This document shows positions 35,574-48,980 of a stretch of DNA of 64,000 nucleotides, piece by piece. This stretch comes from Nemertoderma westbladi (taxonomy: Eukaryota > Animalia > Xenacoelomorpha): positions 1 through 64,000 of the forward strand of contig JAUCBJ010000933.1 of the NCBI GenBank assembly GCA_032718475.1, in the 5' to 3' direction. How positions within the stretch are numbered: the first letter of the stretch is position 1; the number at the start of each line of letters is the position of its first letter. The notes under the pieces were generated by a model, which was given only the letters and a program-made list of their open reading frames with translations, had not been told where the DNA came from and did no database searches. The position numbers and the translations under genes are program-made.

Positions 35574-36783
35574 TGTAAAAGCTTTTGTGGGATAACTGAT
35601 TCGTTTGCCTTGCTAACCAGTTCCCCCCCAGTCGCTGAATACTCTAAAAGGGGATCTATAACTCGAATAGCGCAAGCTACCAGCTTATTGGCTGATTTGC
35701 TGTACGCAGGTATCTGGGCTCTGTTTAATCGGCCAACCAGCCTAGAAAGGTTGCGTCATAGCCTTGTTTTTGTATCTCCCAATAGAATTTGAGTTAGCCT
35801 TGATTTTGACCTATCACAGAGCTACTGAACTGAAATTTTCCTATCTCACTGCTCTTTCTCTGTGTTGAACGGGAGCTTCGTGGAATAAGGGTAGTTGGTA
35901 TCCTCGTATAGAGTAGTAGTCACGAGTTTTTCAAAGCCACGAAAGAACGGCTTTGTAGTGTTTTGTGCTTTCTGCTTTTTAGCTCAACACTAGTAGGTTT
36001 AATTATAAGGACATATATCCTTTAACTGCAACTGTACACGGCTTTTAATAACTGCTGACACACGGCTTTTAATAACTGCTGAAACTGCTAAAAATTACCT
36101 GCTCAATCAATACTGTATACTGCTATTTGTTGTCGGTTATTCATTATATTGGTTGATGAATTATTATATTGGAATAACGAGAAATAACCCCGAAAACCCA
36201 ATATTCTTGATATACCGAAGGTAAGAGAGAAAGGTTACCTATAACGATTGTGACTTATGTTAAAGTGGTTTGAAGTGAATCTAATGTTATTTGATAGACC
36301 CTACATGAGTCAGTCTGTGTTCCTTTTATATGTGACTAAAATCAGTGAAGATTGGCAGATTAGTGTGCAGTATTGTGCAGCATTGTGTACGAGTGAGTCT
36401 GTTAAAGAAGCATTTCCTAAAGAATGCGCCATATATGTGAATTATAATTAAGCCATATCGTTGTGAGTAGTTTAAGTCATAACTCTGTTTATATAAATAA
36501 AGCGCCACGTCCTAAAGGAACTGTTAATATTCCCTAAGGTGAATAATATTGTCAGAGATTATATAATACTGTCAGTCGAATAATACATTAGGCTTACATA
36601 GCAATAAAATTAAACCGTCGAACCCAATCTCCCGGGAATATCCAGCGGGTGAATGATCGCGCACAGATTGGTTTCGACTAGTGTAGTGAATCAAATACTT
36701 GTCATAGGCTAAAAAGCGATTTAATATCTAGAAGACATCTTAATTTGGCGGATTAAACTGCCAAAGGTCTGAAAGCGCGAACA
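35574..36783 (+). repeat. 3' LTR, preceded by PPT-like GGGAGCGG (35566-35573)
   Basis: Direct repeat of 19938-21147. Confidence 0.97.
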
Positions 36784-37072
36784 CATCTCTCATTACTCTA
36801 AAACAAATACGAAAACTAAAAACTTACATGGATAGCATTAAAAATCACTATTATATACAATATATGACCGTGACTCCATAAAATAGCAACAAGCAACGTT
36901 TGTAATTGTAAGTATGGGGTGTGTGTGTGTCTACGCGCCAATGTATTGGGTATGTATGTACAACATCAATATGACTCCAGTGGATACACAGTAATGTAAT
37001 TTGTGTAGGTCAAGGATTTGTCTGCCATACATGACGATTATTCCCATAAATTATCAGCCGGGGCCACCCTCC

Positions 37073-39170
37073 ATGCTGCCTTCTGACAAAGTGGCCAAAG
37101 GAGTCCTTGATCTGGATTTGGACGAACTGCCGTTGATACATGCATTGGAAGTAAAATGGTGGCCTGAGGAAGATGTATTCACCATCGCACTCAAATCGTA
37201 GATGGTGGTCAACCAAGAATGAGTCGCGAAGAGGACAATTCTTTCCATCATAATGTCCATCTACGATCCACTAGGGATGGTTGCAGAAATTGCGCTATAA
37301 GGAAAGATCATATTACAGAAAAATGTAGGATCAACAAATTGGAATAGGATAAACAACTACCACCAACTTTGTTATCCGACTGTATAAAGTGGACTTCCCA
37401 ACTAGAAATCCTTACAGAGTTACAGATTCCCCGCCTGTACTTCCCTGAAATCCCAGATACTCCAATATAAAAGTTACATCAATTCTGCGATGCCAACAAA
37501 TCCGGTTGTGGCACCGTTTCGTACCTGCGTTATGTGGGTGGGGAGGAGAAGCCTATTCAAACTAGGCTCATATATTATTCTAGAATGAGACCCACACCCA
37601 TATCCACACAGACGGTTTCCAGGATGGAGTTATCAGCAGCGGTACTAGAGCACGCAGAAGTCATCATTGAGTTGGAACTGAAAATCGACCGGAATTACTT
37701 CTATTCGGATTCAGAGGTGGTACTATGTCAACTATCAAATAAATCAAGATGCTTTGTAACCTTAGTAGCAAACTGGATAGAGGAAGTAATAAGGTTCACC
37801 GAAATAAGACAATGGAGATATGTTCCTACAGAACTGAACCCAGTGGACTGTGCAAGCCATGGATTATTCCTGGAAGAGTTTATGACAAGGTTCCACAACT
37901 TCTGGTTCTATGGACCAGACTTCCTTAAACTTCCTGATAGGGAGTGGCCTTTAAAAATTGTCTGTGGTCCCCATACAAGGAAGAAACCGGAAGAGGTGGA
38001 CGACTATAAACCTTACAAAGAGAAGGAAGTTACGGCATATACCGTAATGGTTGGAACGGCGGCAGATAGTGAACATCCTATATATAAAGTTCCAGCCGGA
38101 AATGGTTCCTTCAATATTAATGTGTACAGGCTTGGAAGCCTAATGATCCTACAGGATAAGATACTTTTCAACGCCCGACGCAAATGGAATAACTCTATAA
38201 GATTCCAACTGATTAGAGTGGACTATAAAGAAATAGCGTTTACAATCATAATGAAACATCTGCAAGTCAAGCATTTTGCAGCAACTATAAATGATTTGGA
38301 AAGAAACATCAAACTGGTTAGAAGCAATCCGTTGAGAAAATTGTGCTTGTTTCATGACCCCCTTGGGGTCATTAGATGTTACACAAGATTCCTATATACG
38401 GAACTGGATTACAATGAGAAGTTCCCTATATTGTTGCCAGATGAGTCGCCGATTACAACAGTGATTTTCAGAGGGGCACATCAAGATATATCCCACCAGG
38501 GTTTTGACTACACCTCACATAAGGTGCGACAATGCTTCTGGGTAGTCAAATTAAGTTCCAAAGTAAAACGTGTAATACGCACCTGCGTAAAATGCCAGAG
38601 GAAATGGGGTAAAGCAGGCTCACAGCGAATGGCCTTGCTACCATGGAATAGAATGCAAATGTATGACCCACCATTTACCTATTGTGGAGTAGATTTGTTT
38701 GGACCCATAACTCTAATGCGCGGCATTGTGGAAGTCAAACGCTACTGAGTGATATTTACGTGTTTCGTGCTGTGGCGCTGGATTTAGTGGTGGATTATTC
38801 ATCTGACGTACTGATTCTAGTGCTGAGAAGATTCATCTGTCGATATGGAAATGTTTCAATATTGTATTCGGCCCAAGGAACTCACTTTATGGGCACCCAG
38901 AATCAGCTGCAGGATATGGTGACCATGGCAAAATACATGGGCAGTATGGCTGAATTCCGGCCAGAAGGAACCTAGGAATGGTCAGCACCCAAAGTAAGTC
39001 ACCAAAATGGGATAACCGAATGCCTAATTAGAACTACTCGAAAAACAGATAGAAACTTACACCACCAAGTTATCACTGAAGAAACATTCCGAACTATGTT
39101 GGCGGAAGTTGAACTGTTGATAAACTCGAGACCCCTTTGTCAAATGACCGATGACCTCAAATCACGCCAC
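37073..39170 (+). pseudogene. Degraded pol (RT end, RNase H, integrase) of a second BEL/Pao family
   Basis: LDLDLDELP, SIYDPLG, LHQFCDA, VSRMELSAAV, NPVDCASHG, FTYCGVDLFGP and INSRPL motifs with stops and frameshifts. Confidence 0.9.
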
Positions 39171-39430
39171 CTAATGCTGCTGCCTACGATTATAATAGGC
39201 CTAGAGCCAAATGTACAGGTTCATTCGACATAATCTGGCTATGATAAATGGTTATTTTGTAATGAATGAATGCATGATTCTTTCTAGGCCCCTTTTACGT
39301 TTTTATCACAAAGTGCTGCTGGTTACCTTATTCTCACTTTACCACGCGGGGCCACGCCTGGTACTAGTGGGGTTTAAGGGTATATCTGTCAATCATTGTG
39401 GTATTGCGTTATAAGGGAGGGGCCAATTAT

Positions 39431-39667
39431 AAAAAAAAAAGCAAACAGTCGGCCGAAGCCGGAGGCGACCCGAAGGCTCCTCTTTCGATAGCTGCTACCC
39501 AAGGGTAAGGGTGGGTGCTACTCCTATCCTAAGATTTGCTCCCAGTTATTTAACTGGTACGCATTTTATCGACCCCAGTGGATGAAAGGCTGAGTGGACC
39601 CTGGCGGGGCTGAACCTACAACTATTAGATTGCAGACCCGGCACTCAACCAACTGAGCTACCCCGCC
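39431..39667 (-). mobile_element. tRNA-derived SINE
   Basis: Minus strand: tRNA-like head GGCGGGGTAGCTCAGTTGGTTGAGTGC...GGTTCAGCCCCGCC, then ACTCAGCCTTTCATCC...GGGGTCGATAAAATGCGTACC, which resembles a conserved central domain of widespread animal SINEs (possibly Meta type, unverified), then a T-rich tail. Confidence 0.8.
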
Positions 39668-39700
39668 CTTTCGAGTAAGGCCCGTAATTTCCTGCTCCCA

Positions 39701-42700
39701 ATGCGTATTAGCAGTGCCGATAAGAACGGTCACTTCCATCCCAAAGATTTAAAAACTGTGGGTTTACCAGAGAGTGAAAAGGGTGTCACCTGTATCGCCA
39801 AGAAAGGGGAGGATAAATCTCTCTGGCAGTTCTTAGTCGATGAAGTCCTCCGGTATGGGATGTTTATTTATGATAATGAAAACCATCTGGACAGACCGAT
39901 TAGCAATAAGGTTAAAAAGCAAATCCTAAAGGACCAGCAACGGGATAAGGAGAAGGAGATAATCAGACAGCTCGACCTATGTGGCGGTCCACTGCAAGCC
40001 GATATGCAGCAACAATATACCGGTACGATAAAGTTTGCTCCCAAGTTCGCTCGGTTGTAGGATTGGTCGAGGAACAAGCAGAGGCCCAGCCATCACTCGT
40101 CCAGAATAGCTCACCAGTAATGGGACGGATGTTGATTTTTGACTTCTTGAAAACTGGGCACGAGGAAAATGCCCACCGGAAACCTTAGTTAGACTGTTAC
40201 TGATAGAACAGGTTATTCAAATCGGTACTGGGAATGGAGCAGACCTCCTTCGAGATTTCAACAGTGGTTTTGTTTCCCCTATAACTCCCGTTGTAGACGT
40301 ACAGAAAATCGTTTATACCTCAATCAGACTCGGTATTTATAGTCAGGAAATGATTGATCTCGTGGCCCCCCGGGATGACGATGTTAACATGGATGACTTT
40401 AAAGTTGGCACAGGGATGATGGCCTACATATTAGGGCAGTGAGTTTTTATTTTTTCGATTTCATTGTTCTTCTACTGGTGTGCAAAAGTTGCCAATTGGT
40501 AAAAAATTAAGGCAAAAAAATTTAAATTTCTCTAAATTTCATCGATATCTTGATGGATCCCAAGGGGGTTGAAATGTTGAGCCTTCGTGATGCACCACAA
40601 TGAAATTTATAACAATATAACACATTAATGAAAGATCAATGACTCAAGAAAGAACTTCCTGCATTCATCAAATGTCATCAAATGGGTCAAAACTTAGTTA
40701 GATATCAAAATTTTAATTTTTGGATTAAGGGAACTAGTGCCACAGGCACCTAATGGCAGAACCTACCATTTGGCGCAAATGATGATTATTCTCAATTTTT
40801 GCAATAGCCAACTTTGAGTTCTCCTACTGCATTAATATTATGCTCATTTGAACCGCAATGACCGATTTTGTGGGGGTAGACACCTTCTTGAGATATCGCA
40901 GAAAATGTGAAGTCCAGGACAAGTCCACATTACCGCCTTGATGCGATATGGACAAAAACACTAAAAATTATAATTTGAATTATCTCAAGGAAGAAAGAAT
41001 TACTTCTTGAGTTATTTTACAAAATGTCAAGACTATGTCCACCAATTAATACTTGATATTTAGTTAACCCATTCCACACATTTTGTACAAAAACTATAGT
41101 GAATTAATCACTACTCTTTAATTTTATAGGTGTCTGTATACACTAAATCAATTCGTTGCAGTGATGTGTATATTTTTGATGCTTTAAGATAATTAGAAGT
41201 AACATGTTTTTTTCATATTTGTATATAAATCATTAAGGCACTCATGTTGACTTATGACATACTTAACATGTTTTGCAATATCTCAAGAACTTTTTGTTCT
41301 GCGCTTGTTTTGATGGTGTCTACCCCCACTAAATAGGTCATTGTGGTTCTAATGAGCATAATATTAATGCAGTAGGAGAACTAAAAGTTGTCCATCGCCA
41401 AATTTGAGAATAAGAGTCACTTGCGCCAAAGAGTAGGTTCTGGCCATGTGCCTGTGGCACTACTTCCCTTGGTCCCAAAATCAAAATTTTGGTATTTAAC
41501 TAAGTTTGGACCCACTTGATGACAACTTTTGTGCACCGGTAGAACATTGGAAAAAAAAAAAGTAAAAAACGCACCGCCCTACTACATACTGAGGGGTGAG
41601 GATATGATAACCCACCATGGGGGTAAGGCTGTCATAGCCCTGCAGAAATACAAGCGCAAATACCATGGCCACAAACCATCTGTCTGGGAGGATGAACTCG
41701 GATCCCTATGGAAGGTGTGCGATATGAATTAGATGCCAAACCGTAAAACTGAGAGTCTCGTTTTGGGCGGCATTGTTTTCCTGTTCATGAAAGACATGAT
41801 TAACCTACACCCCGAGCATTTCGACATCCTGAATAATAAGACAAAGAAATTCCTTGCCTCCTCCACCCTAGATGGCTTCATTGGGTATGAAGCCTTAGCC
41901 CAATGGAAGGTACTGACTGTTGGCGAAAGTAAGAAATCTGTTTGGGAGATAGCTGACAACAAGGTAGCGATCGCACCCCAACTGCTGTACAACATACCGG
42001 CAGTGACAAATGCGGTCAGGCACTTGGTGGCGGGAAGTCAGCCTACCACACCTAGGCCAAAATACCATACCATCAACCCAAATTCAAAGTCATAACGCGA
42101 AGCGGGACAATACATTGTTAAACAGGAGTGCATACAAGGATAGCAGCTATCCGAGCTTCCTGCAGCGAAGAAACTACTGCTACAGAGGCAGGAGGGTGTT
42201 GGAATCTTCTAAGAGACGTTATGACGTCTTGTTAGAAGAGGAAAGCCTCCCCTCCACGAGCCCTGCTCCACCACAATCCAATAAGCAACAGTGGAGGCAT
42301 GAGCCAGTGGCCGAGCCACCTCGCGAGCCTGAAGCGCATCCTGTAACTGCGATATAATGGACTATAACTAGAGAGCAACCTTGGAAGGCTCCGGATGTCG
42401 AGATACCGTTTGACTTAGACTGCTCCGACCTGGAACGAGTGAGTGCATTGCCAGAACTCAATATAAACTTTCATATATTCCCGAACATTCCAGTTTTTCA
42501 GTTTTAAACTTCCCTCTCCCTGGTTAAATACCTACAGTACCAGACCAATATAAACCAGAGATCAGCAAGGATCATACTTTGATTCCCCCCGCCGTGTTTG
42601 TTGACAACTTCGTCTATCCGCAGCCAGAGAAGTATGCCAACGTTAAAGGGATGAATGAAGACTATACTGAGTCAATGGACCCCATCGACATCAGGACAAC

Positions 42701-43529
42701 CTTTAACAAGTTCCAGGTCGAGTGGGAGGAGGATGTTGTTAACCTCCAACTCCCGGAAGAACCAAACGCCTCCAAGGATCTAAACTACACCAAACGATAC
42801 AGGGCAAGGTTGAAAAAGTCTACTCAACAAAATCTAATCAAATGACTGTAAGAGTTGCGCAGTAACAATCTTATGGGGTACGATGGACTTTCTGCAAATT
42901 AAATAAGTTGGTCCCTCTTCCACTCCGAAACTACTGCGTTGTTAGCAGAAATGGCGAAAACTTCTGGAAACCCCCTGGTATGGAACCCAATAAGAGGGGA
43001 GTAACCAAAGTAAAGATTGAGGGACAATGCACCAAAAGCTGGGAGTGTTGGGCCGACTTAACCAACGTGGAACAGATAGCTGGTTATGAAGAGCTCGTGT
43101 ACCTCGCTAGTCACCACTCGGAATTGAAATGGAGGTTAGAGAAAGCGGGAACAAATGAGCGATATGATCTACGAGCAAGCGTCTTCACCTTCCCCTTCAT
43201 CCCTTTGGGTTAGAGATACCTCCAACCAATATCGATTCATATACAAAGCACTTATGCACACGGCGACTTACCCCAAGGTCGGACCAATAGCTGTGCAAAC
43301 CTGGCTGCTCCAGTATATCCCCGGAACACCTTGGGTTTGGTTGACAGATGGAATGGGTATGGATTGGGAGATGAACTACGTCCCCCACCCTGAGGTCGTA
43401 CTTCCTTCAAATCTCAGAGGCCGGGACTGGGATCGACTCTTGCTCCTTGACAGTATCCTGAGAAAAACCAATACGCTGGTTCTAGAATGGGCCGATCTAC
43501 TCGAGTCGGACGGCATGGAGGAGGGATAG
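39701..43529 (+). pseudogene. Fragmented unknown ORF(s), probably the 3' accessory region of the degraded BEL element, split by a foldback insertion
   Basis: Chain of same-strand 70-125 aa ORF pieces (39701-40440, 41540-43529) downstream of the degraded integrase. No domain recognised. Confidence 0.4.
40673..41524. mobile_element. Foldback/MITE-like element with ~230-bp diverged inverted arms
   Basis: 40673-~40905 is the reverse complement of ~41277-41524 (e.g. TTCTCCTACTGCATTAATATTATGCTCATT versus AATGAGCATAATATTAATGCAGTAGGAGAA). Confidence 0.85.
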
Positions 43530-45940
43530 AGGCTTGCTTCCCAACTTTTTCTGGGGCCTTTTTCTTCCCCTGGAATTTATTCCTTGGGAGGAGCTTAGGT
43601 CTTGTTATGCTCGGAGCGAGGAAGAGAGTGGGCTACGGTGGTGGTGATTCCCTCGAGCGAATGACAGCCAACGATCGATATGACATCATTGATGAAAGAA
43701 CAATGAAAAAGAACCCGCAGTGATAGTTTCAGATTAACATTGGTAAATGTCTACCACTCCATCCCCCTCAAACTCGATATAATGATGGGAGTAAAGATCA
43801 GCCCCAACTTGACATTTCTGAAATCATTCTGCATAATACAAACTCGATAATGAGTAGGAATCCGATGGCTAGAACTAGATTGAACTCTAGGCCGTGTCAT
43901 AATATTTAGGACCATATATATATATATATATATATATATAATCGATTGCATCTATAGTTCCCTTCGTGGAACAAGGCAGTAACGTTGTCTCGTTTGTGTG
44001 GTAAAGGAAATTTCATTTTAATGTTGATTTATGAATTACCTCTGGGAGAGAACCATAATTATTTGTGCTGTGTATTTAGATAATCTCAAACAGAAACCAC
44101 GTATATTTTTTGGTCAGTTTTTTTGCAAACACCAGGCACTCACGCAGTGCAGTTTATTTTTTTTAGGACAAAAACTATTTTTCAAAATCTTGGCCCAAAA
44201 TCTTTTCCTTTTTATCCCAATTTTTTCACATTTTTTCCAAATTTGCCATGGGGGGGTAGTGTAATCGATTTTTCACACCTCCGTAGGCAACAATACAAAA
44301 ATACTCTCCCTCAAGATTCTAATTTAGAAATGCAATAATCTCAACATAATTATTCCCTCCCCTTCCCTAACCGCAATACCCCATTGCCATTGCCATCTGC
44401 AGTACTAAAATCAGCCTGCCAACGCTTTTTACGACTAGAATACGACTGAAAACGACCAGATTACAGCTGACACATAGCTTGCCAATGGTGGTTGTAAAGG
44501 TTGTAATTATATTTTACAACCAAATTGTCTAGTTGTAAAAGTTGTAATCATAGTCGTAATGAGTTGTAAATGGGTAGTTGGAAGCCAGGTGTAAACGGAA
44601 GTAAACGGTCGTAATCCACCTCTCTGTTTGTCTGTTGTTTAGGTGGCCTTGGTGTGTGGAAACCATTATTTGAGAAACCCCTCCAAGCAGCAACGAAATC
44701 TTCAGACTGGTGTTGCTTGCAGTAATGCCCCCCCCCCCCCCCCCCCCTGTCCCGCCATTTAATATCTCTCTCTGTCAAGGGGAAATGAAAGGGGAAATGC
44801 CACCACCAATTTGGACTAAAGGTCAACTAAAGCCTCTCCCTAAGAAAGGAGACCTCGGTGTACCTACTGTACAACCTATCGTGGGATCTGTCTGCTTGTG
44901 GTGGCTGCCAAAATATACAATAAAATGATCCAATAGAGAATTATACCTCACATGGAGAAACTGCTGCGTAAGGGCCAAAACGGATTTCGACCAAGTAGAT
45001 CAACAATAGCTCAGATACTGTACTTGCGCTACGTAGACTGATTGAGGGAATTAAGTCATAGAATCTCCCCGCAGTCATGACTTTTGTGGACATCAAGAAA
45101 CATTCGACTCAATCCATAGAGGTAAAATGCTGGAAATCCTAAGAGCTTATGGAATACTAGAGGTAATTGTGGCTGGCATTGGATTATTATATTGTGACAC
45201 AGAACCTCAGGTACTCTCACAAGATGGTGAAACTGAGTTCTTTTCAACCCTGGCTGGCGTACTGCAAGGTAACACATTGGCGCCATTACTATTCGTTATT
45301 GTACTGGATTATGCAATGAGGACGGCCACAAAGTGTGAAGATCTGGGATTCACACTACAAGAACGCAGAAGTAGTAGATATCCGGCAATTACAGTCACAG
45401 ACACCGACTTTGCGGATGACATCGCCCTGCTCTCTAATATGCTAGCAGATGCACATCTTATAATGAATAAGTAGATAGGGCTGCTAAGGAGGTTGGATTG
45501 CATATAAATGCTACCAAGACCGAATTCATGACTTTTAATGTTAATGGAAACTTGACAACAATTGATAATATTCAACTAAGGAAGGTTGACGACTTCCAGT
45601 ACCTTGGGCCATGGATAGAGAGTAGCAAGAACGACATAGAAGTTAGTAAAGCAAAGGCTTGGGCAGCTCTATCAAAAATGGATACCATCTGGAAATCAGA
45701 TCTCTCCAGGCACCTGAAGACTAAGTTCTTTCGAGCCACAGTGGAAAGTGTACTTTTCTAAGGGGGTATGACCTGGACACTGACGAAATCACTTGAATGG
45801 ACACCGAATAATTGATGGTTTGCTACACAATGACTACTAAGGGCAGATGAGAAACCACTCTCCCTGAACACAGATTAAGATTCAGTGGGCACTGCTGGAG
45901 ACGTAAAGACGAGGTCATACCAGGTCATACGAGGTAAGAC

Positions 45941-46162
45941 CAAGGCGACCTCTATACAAACAGCAGAATACACTTGCTGAAGTCAGGCAGTGCGGAGTTG
46001 TTGGTTGTTGCTGTACATTCCTGCAGTCTAGTACTGTAGTACAGTAGTACCGGTACCATACTCGAATGAACCAGTACTGCATTCAGACTGTAAGTATAAA
46101 TTTCAGCCTAAGCAAATTTCTGCCTTTATTGGGCTGCATGGCCTTGTATTTAGGTCGCCTTG
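45941..46162. mobile_element. 222-bp MITE with CAAGG termini and 8-bp TSD (P-superfamily-like)
   Basis: TIR CAAGGCGACCT / AGGTCGCCTTG; TSD GGTAAGAC at 45933-45940 and 46163-46170. Confidence 0.85.
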
Positions 46163-46169
46163 GGTAAGA

Positions 46170-47619
46170 CCCAGTGAAAAATGCGCATGCGCATCGCAAG
46201 TGATTTTAAAGCGTCATGCGTTTTTATTGCGGCTCAATAAATAGCGATAAAACTCTTGTGATTCGCATGTGATTCACATGTAAAATACAGACGCGATTCC
46301 ACACATGCGATTCGCCTGCGATTCACACCTTATTATACACAAGTGATTCTGCGCTTGAGATTCACAACTTATTACGCATATTTTAGGCATGTTTTACACC
46401 ATGAGAACCGCATGAGTTAATTCCCATGTGAATCGCATGTTTTTAATCGCACTAAAAAAGAATATTAATTAACGTAAAGTTGCATATTAAGAAATAAATT
46501 GTTTTAAAATATAAAATTGATGAATATGAATTATCTAATATGTCTGACAAATACAAATATTATATTAATATGTTGTATAGAATTGAAAATTATATAGTTA
46601 AAAGTGCATCATGGTTATTCTAATATGTTTCTATTATCCTCTATATAATCAACCATTTTTAGTATTGATTCATATAGCTGTATAGTAAGTATGCATAATG
46701 TTCTAGGTCTTGGCTATAGAGTGTAATGTATGATAAGTAAGTAGGCAGATGGTATAGTAGCCCATAATACAGTAATGGAATAATCAACTACTGTACTGTA
46801 CAATATCATATTTTCAGTCACTACATAGACCGTTTTAGTATATTATAAAATTACACGAAAATCACAACCGGTTGTGATGAACGCATAAATATCGCAAAAA
46901 TCTGCTGGTTAACGAGCAGATTTTTGCGATATTTATGCGTCATGACTCATGAAAGTCGCAAGTGAATCACATGCGAGCTTTATGCGCCATAACGCATGTT
47001 GTTGCGATATATATGCGACTGAACGCAAGTTGTTGCGATATATATGCGACTATGACTACAGTAAACGCAAGTAAGTCACAGGTGAATCTCAAGTGAATCG
47101 CATGTGAGTTTTATGCGATTGAACGCAAGTTGTTACGATATTTATGTGATATAACTCAAGTAGGTCGCTTGCGTAAAGGTCGGGCCATAACGCTTGGGAA
47201 TCACATCAGATACGCCTGCTTTGCACGCTTGGTTATATGGCAAATATGTCTCGTAGGATAGCCCCATGAGGCATAGCCTCATCTCCCTGGGGGTCCTCTA
47301 AAAAATAATGGGGTAAGTACGAAATGTGCAAATGGATCTACTGCACGTACGATAGCAGATTGCAACAGGTCTAGGGTTAATTTCAGACACCATCAACTAA
47401 AAATAATCATTAAAAATAAATATTTGGAATTGCATGCAATGTCACAATTAATTGTAGCCAATGATTGGCTAATTACGTACAAGTAAAAGGTTGGCAAAAT
47501 TAAAAATAAGGATAAGTAAAAGTAAAAGTAAAATAAATTAAAATTAGGTAAGTAAAGTGGGTTAATTAAGATTCAAATTAAATTAAAACTTGCGATACGC
47601 TTGCGCACTTTTCATTGGG
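46170..47619. mobile_element. Non-autonomous TIR element with CCC termini and subterminal repeats (CACTA/CMC-like)
   Basis: CCCAGTGAAAAATGCGCATGCGCATCGCAAGT versus ACTTGCGATACGCTTGCGCACTTTTCATTGGG; many GCGATTC/GAATCGC-type subterminal repeats. Confidence 0.75.
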
Positions 47620-48329
47620 CAGATCTACTTTTCTGGTAACTACAGTAACACAAAGGAACGTGTAGCCGTGGACGACCGGCTATAACATATATAGGGCCTA
47701 CCGGGTTGAGAGGGATATTGAACTTGAGAGAAACGCAACTGCGACAACTATGGAGAATCGGGAAGCCTGGAAGGATCTCATTTCCACTGTCCGAGTTTGC
47801 TCGACCTTGTAGTAGTATATATTTTTATTATAAAAGATATAACAGCACCGGTACCAGTAATAGTTTCAATTTCAACTTATGTTAACCGGTAACGGATCAT
47901 AGCATAGCGACCTTTATTAAAGGTCGCTATGGATCATAGCCATATAATACATTCAGACACCCACCGCTTCCACTTGTGACTTTCCAGTTAGTTAAAAGGC
48001 ATATCACCTTGCAGCCTTGACTCCACCATTCACCAGCGGTATACAGGCTGACAGGTATAACAGTACTGCAGTAGGCCTATACAGCGCTATAGGCCATTTT
48101 AGGCCTACCGTCAGACCGTACTGCCGTACAGCCGTAACGTTAAACATTAGGCCTATATACTGATATACTGACTGACTGACAGACTGATATACTATACTAC
48201 CGCTGTACCGGTACCTGACTCCTGGACTCTACCACCGGCTGACCGGTACGGGCTGACGGGACGGGGTTATACATAATTTTGTGTTAATAAAGGCTGACTG
48301 GCTGAAAGGTAGGCCTATTGCCTATACTG

Positions 48330-48980
48330 CAGTCCAGACTGGAATCCATACACTTTGCGCCGCATTAATCCGGCGCACTTTGCAATAAAAGCGCGCCAAT
48401 GTGGCGCGTGGCGCGCTCGTAAAGCGCGCCGACTTTGGCGCGTGGCGCGCTTGAAAATCGTAAAGCGCGCCGGCTTTCAGCTTTGGCGCGTGGCGCTCCC
48501 AAAAATAAAAACCGGCGCCGATTTGTTAGTTTACAGGTTTAACAATTATGGATAAGTGCCTTAAAAATAGCATTAGCTGTTTAAAAATTTCGGCTCGCTT
48601 CGCTCGCCTTTCTTTTTCTGTTGTATGGTTCAGTGGTTAGGCTACTGTTGTATACTATACACAGATACAGATACTGAGATAGGGCAGCAGGGACTGGTAC
48701 AGCAGTAGTCAGTACCTACTGACTGACATTGTGCATTGACAGATTGGTTACACTCCCTCAAAATTGAATTTGCATTGGCGTGGCGCTCTTCAAAATTGTT
48801 TCAATGTGTGGCGCGCTTAAAAATTTAGTTGGCGCGGGGTTTCTTCGAAATTGCATCGGCGTGCTTAAAAATTTAGTTGGCGCGGGGTTTTTCTTCGAAA
48901 TGGCATCGGCGCGCGGCGCGCATAAAAATTGGTCGGCGCGCTATCCGGCGCACTTTTTGGATGGATTCCATACAGGACTG
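48330..48980. mobile_element. MITE with imperfect CAGTCC...TGGAATCCAT TIRs and GGCGCG-rich internal repeats
   Basis: Imperfect ~20-bp inverted termini; no clean TSD found. Confidence 0.65.

Larger units (their letters stand above)
19938..36783 (+). mobile_element. Full-length BEL/Pao LTR retrotransposon, 16.85 kb
   Basis: Two 1210-bp TG...CA LTRs; 5-bp TSD CATCT at 19933-19937 and 36784-36788; gag-PR-RT-RNaseH-IN polyprotein with BEL-type motifs. Confidence 0.97.
44787..47815 (+). pseudogene. Second, more degraded RTE copy interrupted by nested DNA elements at ~45933-47619
   Basis: 44787-45925 aligns with ~14938-16120; 47620-47815 aligns with the 3' end and GTA-repeat tail. Confidence 0.9.

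Noticed and set aside
39595-39667. Possible tRNA-Cys gene on the minus strand
   Set aside because: Stems are imperfect and it continues directly into a SINE body and tail, so it is a SINE head.
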